Positions 22,577 through 35,512 of a DNA stretch of 64,000 nucleotides are shown piece by piece. Under the pieces are notes generated by a model that was not told the origin of the DNA, did not search any database, and saw only the letters and a list, made by a program, of their open reading frames with translations. A program made the translations under genes and the position numbers. Position 1 is the first letter of the stretch. Each line of letters begins with the position of its first letter. Source of the DNA: Balanoglossus misakiensis (taxonomy: Eukaryota; Animalia; Hemichordata); NCBI GenBank assembly GCA_040954595.2, contig CM082577.2, positions 19,256,303 through 19,320,302 of the forward strand, given 5' to 3'.

Positions 22577-24904
22577 GAATGACCCTAGGCCTGAGATCGC
22601 ACCATGGCCGGCAATCTCGGTATTCACAGATACTTTTAAGCGTAATTCTGATATAATTAATAGGTTTAGGGTCCGGGTATAGGGATAAACTGTGTTACCG
22701 CCATCTTGAAAATTTGCAGTGCATTGTGGGTAAAATTAGTTCCGGTTGGGGGGGAGTAGCGTCTACAATCTATCCAATTTTCCAGCGGTTTTGTCAGATT
22801 TTCTTCAAGTTACGTTAGTAGTAGTAGTTACATGAAAACTGAACGGTCCCTAATTCCTATATTCTGAATCAAGTGAATGCAATGTAGACGGCGAAAGGAC
22901 GTGACAAGACTCGAATCTGAATCAGAATATAAGTTTAGTGTTGGATGTGAATCGTGAATCCAAGTTCACCGCTGAATCTTGGGCCATGGAACGTGAAACG
23001 TGAATCTTGAATTAGGCTAACCCTCTGAAAATGCTGAGACCACGGTTATACCCTAGGAGATAGGTGCCGTTAATCAGAATTTTTGGTTTACAAGGAAGGT
23101 TTGAGAAGTCCATTCTATGTAAAAAATGGTGCTGATTCCAAAAATGTCAGTCTTATTGACCCCACTCAAGACAAAATTGCCATTTTGGCCATTTTTAACC
23201 CAAAAATGGTCTTTTTTAGAAAACACTAAAAACACACTGTTTTCGTCACATTCTGAGATCTGATGACATATGATATGCTTATTCTATGTAAAAATTGGTG
23301 AATATTACGAAAAAAGTAGTCCGATTGACCCAAAACAACACAAAATTGCCTTTTTGACCATTTTTTGCCCAAAAAACGTCATTTTTAGAAAAAATTTAAA
23401 ACACACGGGTTTCGTCATAATAATTGATCTGGTGATATATGGAAAGTCAATTCTATGTTAAAAGTGGTGACTTTAAAAAATAAAGCAGTCTTTTTGACCT
23501 CAATCAATACAAAAATGCCATTTTTGGCCACTTTTTGAGGTCAAAAAAGGTCATTTTTACAAAAAAACTAAAAACAAATTGTGTTCTTCATATTCAGAGA
23601 TCATTGGATATATGAAATGTCCATTCTATGTAAAAAATGGTGCTGATTCCAGAAATAGCAGTCTAATTGATCCTACTCAAGAAAAAATGCCATTTTTGCC
23701 ACTTTTTGCCCCAAAAACGTCATTTTCAGAAAACGCTCAAAATTTATATATTTTCTTCTTTTTTCGGAGATCTGATAATGTATTATATGCCCACCCTATG
23801 TAAAATTTGGTGATTATTCCAAAAAAGCAGATTTATTGACCCATCCTAATGCAAAAATGCCCTTTTGGAAAGTTTTTGCCCAAAAAGGCCATTTTTAGAA
23901 AAAAAATTTAAAACAAACTTTTCTTCATAAAGCTCAGAGATCATGTGATATATGAAATGTTCATCCTATGTAAAAAAAATGGTGCTGATTCCAGAAATAG
24001 CAGTCTTATTGATCCTACTCAAGAAAAAAATGCCATTTTGCCACTTTTTGCCCCAAAAACGTCATTTTCAGAAAACACTCAAAATGTATATATTTTCTTC
24101 ACTTTCAGAGATCTGATAATGTATTATATGCCCACTATATGTGAAAAATTTCCAAAAAAGCAGTTTTATTGATGCCACTCAAGATAAAAGTGCCTTTTTG
24201 GAAAGTTTTTGCCCAAAAACTGTCATTTCTAGAAAATACGAAAATATGCCATTTTCTTCCCATTGGTGATCTAATGATATATAAAAGTAGTGACATTAAA
24301 AAAAACTCACTCTTACTGACCCCACAGAGGGGAAAAATACCATTTTGGCCTCTTTGGGTAACTGTTAGAAAAAAAAAATACAAACTTATTCCTTCATATT
24401 CAGAGCCCTTGTGATGTATGTAAATTCGTTTTTGTTTTGTTTTTTGTGTGTGCAAAAAATACGCTGATACCAGCACAACGGTCTTATTGAGACACCCCGC
24501 TCAGTACAAAATTGCCATTTAGCCATCTTTTGGCCAACAATAGTCATTTTCAGAAAACGAATATAATTGATGTGTCTGCCTTTTGAGTTCTGATTTTGTA
24601 TATGCATATTTAAAACGTCATAACCATATATCAATTAAATTGATGATATTGAAAGACAGAGTTGCCACAATTTGGCACATTTAGCGCAAAACTGAACTCA
24701 ACAATAAGACGATCCATGTACACGCACTGTCTACTATAAGTCGATTATGCGTGGTGTGAAATATTTAGGTTCAGATATGCCAGCTCGAGAGAGATTGTTG
24801 AAATTTATTCTCTTCAATCTGAATACAAAATCGGAAATTATATTATTATTTATATCATGATACCTCCGTCATACTGATTGGACAGGAGTGCAACCCAACG
24901 ATGC

Positions 24905-25222
24905 TAGAATTAAGCAATAAAACACCCCCAGCCATGGTATACCACGAGATTTTGACCAGTTCACGACATATACGCACGAGCGATAGCGAGTGCGTATATG
25001 GAGTTGAACTGGTCAAAATCGAGTGGTATACCATAGCTGGGGGTGTTTTATTGCTATTATATTATGCCAGTATATTGAAACTTTGCATAAAACATTTTAA
25101 AAAGGCATTTTCTTTGACTATGATATATGACTGTGGTATATGGCTAATATATCACGGTCACGTGTCGTGTCTCGACCAATCAAATAGCGTGATTTACACC
25201 ATCAATATACTGGTATGATATA
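24905..25222 (+). mobile_element. Hairpin-ended non-autonomous element (tentatively Crypton-like)
   Basis: ~145-nt palindrome centred on cgagcgatagcgag, followed by a segment (about 25058-25079) inverted at the far end (about 25202-25221). Confidence 0.7.
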
Positions 25223-26051
25223 ATACTCAATAGAGCACTGCTAAAACTGGCCCCTGAACTAGCACGCAGCAGGAAAAATGTGGGCTTAAACCAAATAAAC
25301 ATAATAAAAACACTTAAATTCCTTGACGTTTTAATTTGGAACTGCTGTATGCCTGTCTTTTGTCATCTGTATCATGTTTGGAGCTTGGTCCCGGGCGGCG
25401 TGTTTACATTCATCGACGCGAGTTTTGTTCAATTCGTAACTTCTTTTCCTCTCGACGCTGTTTCATCATCATTATGAGTTCAACTTGGGCTAATTTTGCA
25501 AAAACTCCAAATACAAACATTTTTTCGGTACAAAATGGCTAAAAGGATAAATTTTTCTTGAGTAGATCTTTTTTTGGCTACAAATAGCCAAAAAGGCAAT
25601 TTTGACTAGAGTGGGGCCAACCAGACTGCCGTTTTTGGGATAGTCACCAAATTTTACACAGAATGGACTTTTCATACATGATCAGATCTCTGAATATGAA
25701 GAAAACAATTTGTCTTTAGTTTGCTTGTTTTTAATGAACTATTTTGACCAAAAAAGTGGCCGAAATTTCAATTGAATAGGGTAAGTAAGACTTCCGTTTT
25801 TGGAACAGTAACCACGTTTCAATATAGAATGGGCTTTTATTTATAATAAGATCACCGAAAGTGAAGAAAAGAGAATGCTATTAATATATTCTTAAAAATA
25901 ACAATTTTGTGCAAAACTTAGCCAAAAAGGCGATTTCATCATGGTTGAGGTCATTAAGACTGCATTTCTGGAAACAACACCTATTTTACAATACATGTAC
26001 TTTTCACACACCATAGAATCTCCAAATAATAAGAAAACAGTTTGTTTTTAA

Positions 26052-26550
26052 AGGCACGTAAGCTGTAACTTTTGGGATAATTTTCATAATTTTTGTTTCA
26101 CACTGCACTACCATTAGTCCATGCAGATGAAGGCAGTGAACTATTCACAAGCATTAAAAACCCTAAATATGAGTGCATATGCAAGTTTTAACCAGATAAA
26201 TAATAAAGCTTTGCCGCAAGCGATTATGGCCGCCACCGTGGGAAAATGAAAGAAACAATGAAAATGTCGCATTTCCGGTTGTGAAACTTCACAAACAAAA
26301 CATGATCTCATCCACTTGAGCTCATGGAAGGAAATGTACACCACTGAGACATCAGATTTTCATTTTTCATTGCAATATTGTACTTTTTTAAAAATTTCAG
26401 GAATTTTCGTTTTTCTTTAATTTTTGGCCATTTTGTCATAAATAAGTGCTGAGCTTGATATATTATCATGGCATTTAATAGATATAATTAAGAGCATATA
26501 TGAGATTATTTAAAACATTGATTTTTTATCCAGTTGCAGCTTACGTGCCT
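26052..26550. mobile_element. Kolobok-like 499-bp element with TTAA TSD, copy 1
   Basis: ttaa|aggcacgtaagctg...cagcttacgtgcct|ttaa. Nearly identical copy at 43743-44241. Confidence 0.88.
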
Positions 26551-28335
26551 TTAATGATTTTCGAAACGTGGCTTTTTGGGCACTGTTTTCTTGAGTGTCG
26601 CCAGTAAAACTTTTTTTTGGAATTTTTTTCACATAGAGTGGGTATATAATACATCATCATCTCCAAAAGTGAAGAAAATATAAAAGTTTTGGGTGTTTTC
26701 TAGAAATGACACTTTTGGGGCAAAAACTTGCCAAAAAGGCACTTTTATCTTGAGTGGCATCAATAAAACTGCTTTTTTGGAAATTTTTCACATATAGTGG
26801 GCATATAATACATCATCAGATCTCCGAAAGTGAAGAAAATATATAAATTTTGAGTGTTTTCTAAAAATGACGTTTTAGGGGCAAAAAGTGGCAAAAATGA
26901 CATTTTTTCTTGAGTAGGATCAATAAGACTGCTATTTCTGGAATCAGCACCATTTTTTACATAGGATGAACATTTCATATATCACATGATCTCTGAGCTT
27001 TATGAAGAAAAGTTTGTTTTTAATTTTTTTTCTAAAAATGGCCTTTTTGGGCAAAAACTTTCCAAAAGGGCATTTTTGCATTGGGTTGGGTCAATAAATC
27101 TGCTTTTTTTGGAATAATCACCAAATTTTACATAGGCTGGGCATATAATACATTATCAGATCTCCGAAAAAAGAAGAAAATATATAAATTTTGAGCGTTT
27201 TCTGAAAATGACGTTTTTGGGGCAAAAAGTGGCAAAAATGGCATTTTTTCTTGAGTAGGGTCAATAAGACTGCTATTTCTGGAATCAGCACCATTTTTTA
27301 CATAGAATGGACATTTCATATATCCAATGATCTCTGAATATGAAGAACACAATTTGTTTTTAGTTTTTTTGTAAAAATGACCTTTTTTGACCTCAAAAAG
27401 TGGCCAAAAATGGCATTTTTGTATTGATTGAGGCCAAAAAGACTGCTTTATTTTTTAAAGTCACCATTTTTAACATAGAATTGACTTTCCATATATCACC
27501 AGATCAATCATTATGAAGAAAACCATGTGTTTTAAATTTTTTCTAAAAATGACGTTTTTTGGGCAAAAAATGGTCAAAAAGGCAATTTTATGTTGTTTGG
27601 GTCAATCGGACTACTTTTTTCGTAATATTCACCAAATTTTACATAGAATAAGCATATCATATGTCATCAGATCTCAGAATGTGACGAAAACAGTGTGTTT
27701 TTAGTGTTTTCTAAAAAAGACCATTTTGGGTTAAAAATGGCCAAAATGGCAATTTTGTCTTGAGTGGGGTCAATAAGACTGACTTTTTTGGAATCAGCAC
27801 CATTTTTTACATAGAATGGACTTCTCAAACCTTCCTTACCAAAAATTCTGATTAACGGCACCTAGCTCCTGGACTATTATTACTAGTAACCCTGCTGAGA
27901 CTTACCACGTAGCGAGCTGGGATTGGGTTGGTCGAAAATATAACAGTAATCCTGCTCCCGGATAATGTTAGCAGCGTTGTAACCCCATATCGACGGACAA
28001 ATGTACTCCTTGCAGCTGAAAATGACAGTTTAATCACTCGGACACAAAGTCCACCGCCATTTTGTCTCGACGAGACTCTTGCAATAATGTACCACGTGAC
28101 AAAAGTTTGAGTCACCTGACTTTAGCGAATGGCTGAAAAACATAGTCGCATTTGTGTACGCTCAGAAAAGTACTACGGGTCACAATGTTTACGTTCATCA
28201 CGCAACATGCTTGTAATGTAACAGATCGTTAACGTATAAACCGGAAGTGATGTTGACCTTCGATTGTTTGATCAACACAACAAACGTAAACGTTTTGGCA
28301 AAGGATGTAATTGACCGTTCAATCGTGAACCAGTA

Positions 28336-28435
28336 TAGCTCTGGACTTATGCGCTGTTTGGGTCTACGCTGCTCTCCGTCCCCACTAACAGCGTAGACCC
28401 TACGTAGACCCAAACAGCGCATAAGTCCAGAGCTA
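28336..28435. mobile_element. 100-bp MITE (TAG...CTA) with 9-bp TSD
   Basis: TIR tagctctggacttatgcgctgtttgggtctacg. TSD gaaccagta at 28327-28335 and 28436-28444. Confidence 0.9.
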
Positions 28436-28660
28436 GAACCAGTACAGTGAAGGGTCGAGAAAAACTGTATTTCTACATTTCTACTGTTTATTTTTAGACT
28501 TGAATGAATTATTGTTTTTTTTTTATCATTCAGAACACAGTTTTTTTTTCCTTTCAAATGTTCATGATGGTGTAATCACTAAACATAGACGTATCTCAAT
28601 ATTCCATGCTGATGATGGATGCAGTCATTTATTTAGATCTTGTGTATCTGATGGTACTAA

Positions 28661-29757
28661 GGGACCGTTCAGTTTTTACGGCCGGGGGGGGGGGCGGCAA
28701 GTTTGGGTCATCGGTTTCAAAATCAGGCCGACTCCCCCTTCACCTAGGACCAAAAAATGATGAACCCCCCCCCTGACAGACCCAAAAATATGATGACCCC
28801 CCCCCCCCCACGCTGAAAACATTCGCCGTCCTGATCCTATGCACACTGTATCCAATAAAGGGAATGAGACTCCTCACACCTCAATTATAAATTTCTTAAA
28901 GTAATTGAAGTCGTTGCAATAAAAAAATCTATGAACAAAATAAAATGACAAGTCAATACAATATTTGTTAGTATTGGCAAAACAAGAAAAGTGGCGGGGG
29001 TGGGAGGGGGTGTCCCCCTCCCACCTAAGAAAATTTTGTAAAATACGGTGCTCAAAGTAGCATTTTAATGAACTCAAAAGCAAATTAACTCAATGTTAGG
29101 CAGGACAAATTTTAATTTTGCCACTCCACTCAAAGTAAGCATCGGGGGTGGGGTGGGAAGAAGTCTGCCCCGGTACACTAGACAAACCAGCGAATAAATG
29201 ATATGTGGCAAAGAATGGAGGGGGTGGGTGTGGGAGGGGGTGTGTAAAATATGTAGCTCAAAGTTGCATTTTTATGAACTCAAATCAAATTATCTCAATG
29301 TTTGGGAGGACCAATTTTACTTTTTGCCACTTCACTCAAAGTTAGAAGATTTGGCGTCATCTTCGTCATGACATCATTTATAAAACTTCTAGTATATAGA
29401 AGATGCAGCACGAAACTATCAGTTATGCGAAATGGTTTAAACGATTATTCTCCTTTATGTATTTACTTTGTTAAACAAATATTATCATCGGTGGGGTTGG
29501 GGTGGCAATCACTCTGCCCTGGTACACTAGACAAACCAGCAAAAAAACGAAATGTGGCGGAGAATGAAGGGGGTGGGTGTGAAAATTTAAAAAAAAGGGC
29601 GCGAAACTGCAATTTTGTGGACTCAAAAGCAAACGTTCGGTGGCAAAAGTATGTGACCCCCCTAAGCGTTTAAAGAAACAGATGACCCCCCCCCCCCCTT
29701 TTGGACTTCAAAATTTAAGTGACCCCCCCCCCCCGGCCGTAAAAACTGAACGGTCCC
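28661..29757. mobile_element. PIF/Harbinger-type non-autonomous element, TAA TSD
   Basis: taa|gggaccgttcagtttttacggccggggg ... cccccggccgtaaaaactgaacggtccc|taa. Confidence 0.9.
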
Positions 29758-30043
29758 TAAGGTAGGTTAACTGTCAGTTGTAAAAGCAAACACATAAACT
29801 TTTAACTGTGCAACCTTGTGTAATATTTTAATTTAACAAGTAATACAAAAAGCTAAACAAAGTTAAAGAAAGACAAACTACAAATGTACAGTTTATCACA
29901 TATGTGGTACGGTATCACAATTTGTTTATTCCTTTCACACAGTACAGTATATTACACACTATATTACATACTATTTTAATACTTCCTTTTGCTTTGCAGA
30001 TATTCACGGAATAAATCCTGAGTCCACGGACACATCAAGGTAA

Positions 30044-31242
30044 GGGAGCCGTCATTATTTATGGCCTGGGGGGGTCGGAGGAATCAAGGGGGGGGGGGGG
30101 TTTCTCAAAAATTGGAAGGCTGCAGGGGGGGGGGGTTCTCAAAAATTGTAGATGAAGAGGGGGGGTCACTCATTTTTGGGAAATGTTTCAACTGAAAAAG
30201 TTAATTGTGTGCTGTGCAAGTGCTGCAGCGCTCCGCGACCTCTGATCGCGGAACACTAGAGTGTCCACACTGCACTATCAAAGTATTTTTCCCAAAATTT
30301 GCTGATAAAGGATTGGCATGCTTGCCTGATCATGCATAAAAAACATTACTCCTTATTATTTTTTAAGAAATAAATATTATTATTATTTATTAAAATACTG
30401 AAAAATGCATACTACATGTATATTCAAGCAAATGTAAGTTTTTGTTTTCTTTGTCTTTTTTCTCTGACCTCTTTGTCACACGTTTGGTAATCTCTTGAGT
30501 CTATGGATAAACACAATATTGCAGAAATAATGTTTTGATAACATAAATAAAATAAAAAATCTCAAAAAATGCATTCTAAGCACATAAATGATTCTTTGAT
30601 ATAGAATGTTTCATTAAGGTTAAATATAAAACATAAATAATTTAACAGAATAAACGTTAACTATAAAACATGAAAAAGGTTAAATATAAAACATATAAAT
30701 ACTTTAACAGAATAAATGTTAACTAAACATGAAACAAGGTAAAAATAAATACATGTAAAGCCATTATGTATCTGAGTTTTTGGCGGAATGCTCCCAGCAG
30801 ATACCTATATTAGCACATAGAACTGAACTACCTGAACTGTTGTTAATTCACAGAAATATATTTTCACCAACAAAGTTTGATAATCATTTTGACTTTTAAC
30901 GATGCCTGTCCAAATTACACAATGCTACTTGATGGTTACTGGTTATGGGTGAGCTTTTACGGTAATCATTATTTAGTTGTGACTTTGAGATTGTTTTGTT
31001 GTTTCACCCTTTTCAATCCATCATGATGCAACTGATGATCACCTACAATGTAGCAGGGTGAACCTGGAGTTGAAAGGTCTTTTACTACACTACTGTAATA
31101 GTGATTTATACAGATACATGTATACGTGGGGGGGTTTCTCAAAATCTGCATGCTTGGCAGGGGGGGGTTTCTCAAAATTTTGGAGTTTCTAGTGTAATTC
31201 CTCCGACCCCCCCCCCCCAGGCCGTAAATAATGACGGATCCC
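30044..31242. mobile_element. PIF/Harbinger-type non-autonomous element, TAA TSD
   Basis: taa|gggagccgtcattatttatggcctggggg ... cccccaggccgtaaataatgacggatccc|taa. Confidence 0.88.
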
Positions 31243-31553
31243 TAAGGGTAAGCCTAATTCAAGATTCACGTTTCAAGTTTCACGTTCCACAGCCCAAGAT
31301 TCATATTCTGATTCAGATTCGAGTCTTATCTAATAATATGTTTATGCTGCCGTAACCAGGGGTGCGTATGATTGTTTATAGTCCTTGATCCCCGCCTGCG
31401 CCCAAGCAAGGTTCCCCAAATATTATGTTCGATTAATATGTGCCCTATTGGTATTAATATGATAATTATGTGCCCTATTGGTATTACTGGCTTTTTTTCT
31501 TCTACTGATTTTTTTTCTTGAGCAGTTTTTTCGGCCACTTTGATCTTGAAAAC

Positions 31554-31671
31554 TGTTACGATATATGACTGATATAGCAGTGAGATATGCTAATTACTAC
31601 TGTTCACCTTTGACCCCTACTCCAGTGTAAGCCGCCATCTTGAGCTACAATAAAACCCACTACACGAGACA
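31554..31671 (+). repeat. 5' LTR of Gypsy 3
   Basis: tgttacgata...aataaa...cgagaca; duplicated at 36800-36917. Confidence 0.97.
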
Positions 31672-31686
31672 TGGTGTCAGAAGTGG
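31672..31686 (+). promoter_or_regulatory. PBS complementary to the tRNA-Leu 3' end
   Basis: TGGTGTCAGAAGTGG immediately after the LTR. Confidence 0.85.
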
Positions 31687-31866
31687 TCGATTTGGTGTAA
31701 TTTCAAGCCACTAAATCGCAATCGAACGATAACTCACGAAGCCTAACGACACAGCGGTGCGTTTCAGAAGACTCCATCGTTAGTAAGTGAAGCAAATAGT
31801 GATAAAATACGAATCACTGCATCGACTGAAAAGCCAGACAGTCACGTGCGCATTGAATGAACAAAC

Positions 31867-34800
31867 ATGGCGACGAGCAATTTTCCCGTTCCGGCAGCCA
31901 TGGACATGAAAGGCGATCTCGTACAGAATTGGTCTTTCTTCAGATCACAGTGGGAAGACTACAAAGTCGCAACAGCTCTGGAAACCAAAGGTGATGAGAT
32001 CAGAGTTGCCACACTACGTTCTGTACTGGGAAAAGACTGCCTAAGAGTATACAAACACCTCGATATGACGGAGGACGACAAAAAGAAGGTCAAACCAATT
32101 TTAGATGCGCTAGAGAAACATTTTGAGCCAACCAGAAACGTGATCTACGAACGGTATGTATTCAATACCAGTGATCAGGATGCTACTGAAACCATTGAAC
32201 AATATGTCACCAGATTACGGCAACTGGCTGACACTTGCAAATTTGAAGCCCTGAAAGATGACCTGATCAGAGATAGAATAGTACTGGGTACAAAAGATAA
32301 TGCTGCACGAGCCAGGATGCTGAGAGAGTCCAAGCTGACCTTGAACCTAGCCATAGAAATGTGTCGCAGCAGTGAAGCCACACAAATGCAGCTGAAACGA
32401 ATCAGTACCAATACAGAAGTTCAAGCAGTAAACTTCGCATGCAAAACAAGACAGCAGTACAAAAGAAAACCGAACTCATACAAGCGTGACAGCACACAAA
32501 CAGAACATAAAGAGAAAAAAGAGCCAAGAAAATGCAGATACTGTGGAGGAAAACACATCATAGACAAAACTCTGTGTCCTGCATATGGTGAAACATGTAA
32601 ACTGTGTAAGAAGAAAAACCATTATGCAAGAGTTTGCAAACTGAAGCAACACGACCGAGCCAATCGTGATGGACAGAGGAGAAAAGTCCACATGATAGAT
32701 GAGCAAGACGAATACTCATCAGATGAATCAGCCCTACACATCCAGCATTATGTGGGATCAGTCAAGTCTACCGGAAAACATTGGTTTGTGAAACTAAACC
32801 TGACTGCCGATGGTGGTGACAGATACCCACTAGATTGTCAGCTGGATAGTGGTGCAACATGCAATATGATCAGTTATAGAGACTATTGCAGAATTACACA
32901 GGATGGACCTGATCCACCCCTACAGCCAAGCAAAGTGAAACTGAGACTGTACGGTGACACAACCATGTATCCAAAGGGACAGTGCAACCTGAAATGCAAG
33001 TACAGAGGTCACATGTATAACTTGACATTCCAAGTAGTGGACACAACACAGAAACCACTATTGTCAGCAGAAACATGTGAGATGTTGAAACTGCTTACTG
33101 TCAATGTCAAGCAGCCAGTGAATACGGTCACAGCCACTGAACTGAAGCAAATGGATACACATGAGCAGCAACCACATGGCAGAGAAATGCTGACTGAAGA
33201 GCAAATACTCACAGAATATTCTGATGTTTTCCATGGTCTTGGATGTTTGCCAGGTGAATATCACTTTGAAATTGACAAGAATGTGAAACCTGTAAAGCAT
33301 CAACCACGGAAAGTTCCAGTTCCGATGAGAGCTGAACTGAAAGCAAAGCTAGAATCCCTAGAGAAACAAGGAGTGATAACCAAAGTTACCACCCCTACCG
33401 ACTGGATCAGCAGTATGGTCGCAGTCAAGAAACCCGGTAAACTACGTGTCTGCTTAGACCCCAGCGATCTGAACAAAGCGCTGAAGCGACCACATTACCC
33501 TATGCCTACGATAGAGGAAATACTGCCAAAGCTCACAAATGCCAAACTGTTTACAGTCCTGGATGCCAAGGATGGCTTCTGGCAGGTCAAATTAGATGAA
33601 GAAAGCAGCTATTTGACCACCTTTTGGACACCTTTCGGACGCTACCGCTGGCTACGGATGCCATTTGGAATCAATAGCGCCCCTGAAGAGTTCCAAAGGA
33701 GACAACATGAAGTACTTGAAGCACTGCCAGGCGTAGAAGTGATAGTTGATGACATACTAGTGTATGGCAGTGGCGATACAATGGAAACAGCAGAGAGAGA
33801 TCATGACCAGAACCTGATAGGAGTGCTGAATCGTGCCAGGAAAGTGAATCTGAAGCTGAATAAAAGGAAGCTGAAACTCAGACTCACATCTGTGCCGTAC
33901 ATGGGACATCTCCTGACCACAGAAGGTTTGAAACCGGATCCAGAAAAAGTCCGAGCAATACTTGAGATGGAAAACCCCAAAGATGTACAAGGCGTACAGC
34001 GATTTGTAGGATTCGTCAATTACCTCACAAAATTCCTGCCACACCTGTCTGAAGTGTGCGAGCCCCTTCGTAGACTTACAGACAAAGAAGCAATATGGTC
34101 ATGGCAACCACATCATGATGAAGCAGTAGCACAGGTGAAGCAACTTGTCACCAATTCCCCGGTGCTCAGATACTATGACGTCAGAGAAGAAGCAACAATC
34201 CAATGTGATGCAAGTGAGACTGGACTCGGCGCAGTACTACTACAGAATGGACAGCCTGTTGCGTTCTCGTCCAGGTCCCTCACGCAGACGGAACAATATG
34301 CACAAATTGAAAAGGAGTGCCTAGCAATCGTCTTCGCATGCGAGAAGTATGATCAGTACATATTGGGACGTGATCTTGTCACAGTAGACTCAGACCACAA
34401 ACCCCTAGAGATCATCTTCAGAAAACCTTTGCTGTCCGCACCGAAAAGACTACAACGAATGTTGCTGCGATTGCAGAAGTACAACATAGAAGTGCACTAC
34501 AAACGAGGAAAGGAGATGTATATCGCAGATTTCCTATCTCGAGCATCGCTGCCACCCAGACAAATACAGAGTGATACACCGCAGTACGCGATCTTCAACA
34601 TCAAAGAAGAATCGAAGCTGAGGACTGAGATAGAAAACATCAATGCAGCAGATTACCTGAATGTAACAGACCAAAGAATGCAACAGATACAGCGTCACAC
34701 TCAGCAGGACGAAGCCCTTCAAGTCCTGAAGTCTACTACACTTGTTGGATGGCCTGAGCTGAAGGAGGAAGTACCATACGCCATCAGGGAATACTGGCAA

Positions 34801-34968
34801 TACAGAGATGAGATTACTGTGCAAAATGGTGTTCTATACAGAGGTTCCCGTGTCATCATTCCCAAAGCAATGCGTCCAGAGATGCTAGCCAGAGTGCATT
34901 CAAGCCACTTGGGTGTTGGTTCGTGTCTACGCAAAGCCCGAGACACTATCTACTGGCCGCACATGAAT
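31867..34968 (+). CDS. Gag-Pol polyprotein of Gypsy 3 (gag, two zinc knuckles, protease, RT, RNase H, start of integrase), cut by an insertion at 34969
   Basis: CRYCGGKH...CPAYGETCKLCKKKNHYARVC; LDSGAT; WLRMPFGI, IVDDIL; IQCDAS, YAQIEKECLA, SDHKPL; HSSHLG. Confidence 0.95.
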
Positions 34969-35512
34969 TAGAGGTTATAAACGGCTAGCGAGGGTATTTG
35001 GTTGCGGATATAAGACCTCTCAGGTGAAAATTAGCATATTTGGCGGGAAATAATCACCGAGCGAAGCGAGGTGATTATTTCACCCAAATATGCTAATTTT
35101 CACCTGAGAGGTCTTATATCCGTACCAAATACCCGAGCGCACCGTTTATAACCTCATTATAATATGCTTTTGCTTGATAAAGATAAACAATTTCATTTTT
35201 TCAAATCCGTTGTTTGGTTGGGGATAAATCGTGCTAGTTCTAGGGCCTCGTCGCGCACTGTTCCAGAACGCGCAAGCTGAGCTTGTGCAAACGCGTTCTA
35301 GAATTTCTAAAGTCACGCGATTTTATGCCACCGCCAATAGAATGTGGAAAGTGCGTTCTATTCAGGCGCGTTCTCTTCTACGTGTTCTATTTCGGTTACT
35401 TTTTAAAAAACTATTCACTGTTCAGGGTCCAGGTACTAGGTCTTCTTGTCGAGAATATAAACCCCGGCTCCAGCCAATCAGCGAGCTAGATTCACACCAA
35501 GCATATTATAAT
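34969..35512 (+). mobile_element. 544-bp hairpin-ended element (tentatively Crypton-like) inserted in the Gypsy 3 integrase
   Basis: Palindrome 34971-35155 centred on cgagcgaagcgag. 14-bp inverted repeat at 35156-35169 and 35499-35512. Removal restores YWPHMN-DEIRDTI in frame. Confidence 0.9.

Larger units (their letters stand above)
19893..23023. mobile_element. MULE/MuDR-like non-autonomous element (GGG termini, ~130-bp TIR, 9-bp TSD)
   Basis: gggttagcctaattcaagattca / tgaatcttgaattaggctaaccc. TSD tctgaaaat at 19884-19892 and 23024-23032. A second left-end copy lies at about 31246-31430. Confidence 0.85.
23054..27871. mobile_element. 4.8-kb foldback-like element with ~1.2-kb inverted arms built of diverged ~170-bp tandem units
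   Basis: taggagataggtgccgttaatcagaattttt vs aaaaattctgattaacggcacctagctcctg. The motif ttctatgtaaaaa.tggtg recurs near 23113, 23283, 23451, 23624, 23795, 23965, 24135 and inverted in the right half. No clear TSD. Confidence 0.85.

Noticed and set aside
23270-27861. Duplicated short ORFs on opposite strands
   Set aside because: By-products of the inverted tandem-repeat arms; no protein motif.
30000-30039. 40-bp exon-like segment with AG and GT sites
   Set aside because: No recognisable peptide or partner exons; the donor overlaps a TAA TSD.
31672-31686. tRNA gene
   Set aside because: Only a short PBS complement; no tRNA or rRNA gene was recognised anywhere in the window.
35231-35512. N-terminal extension of the Gypsy 3 integrase ORF
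   Set aside because: Derived from the 544-bp insertion; chance read-through into the integrase frame.
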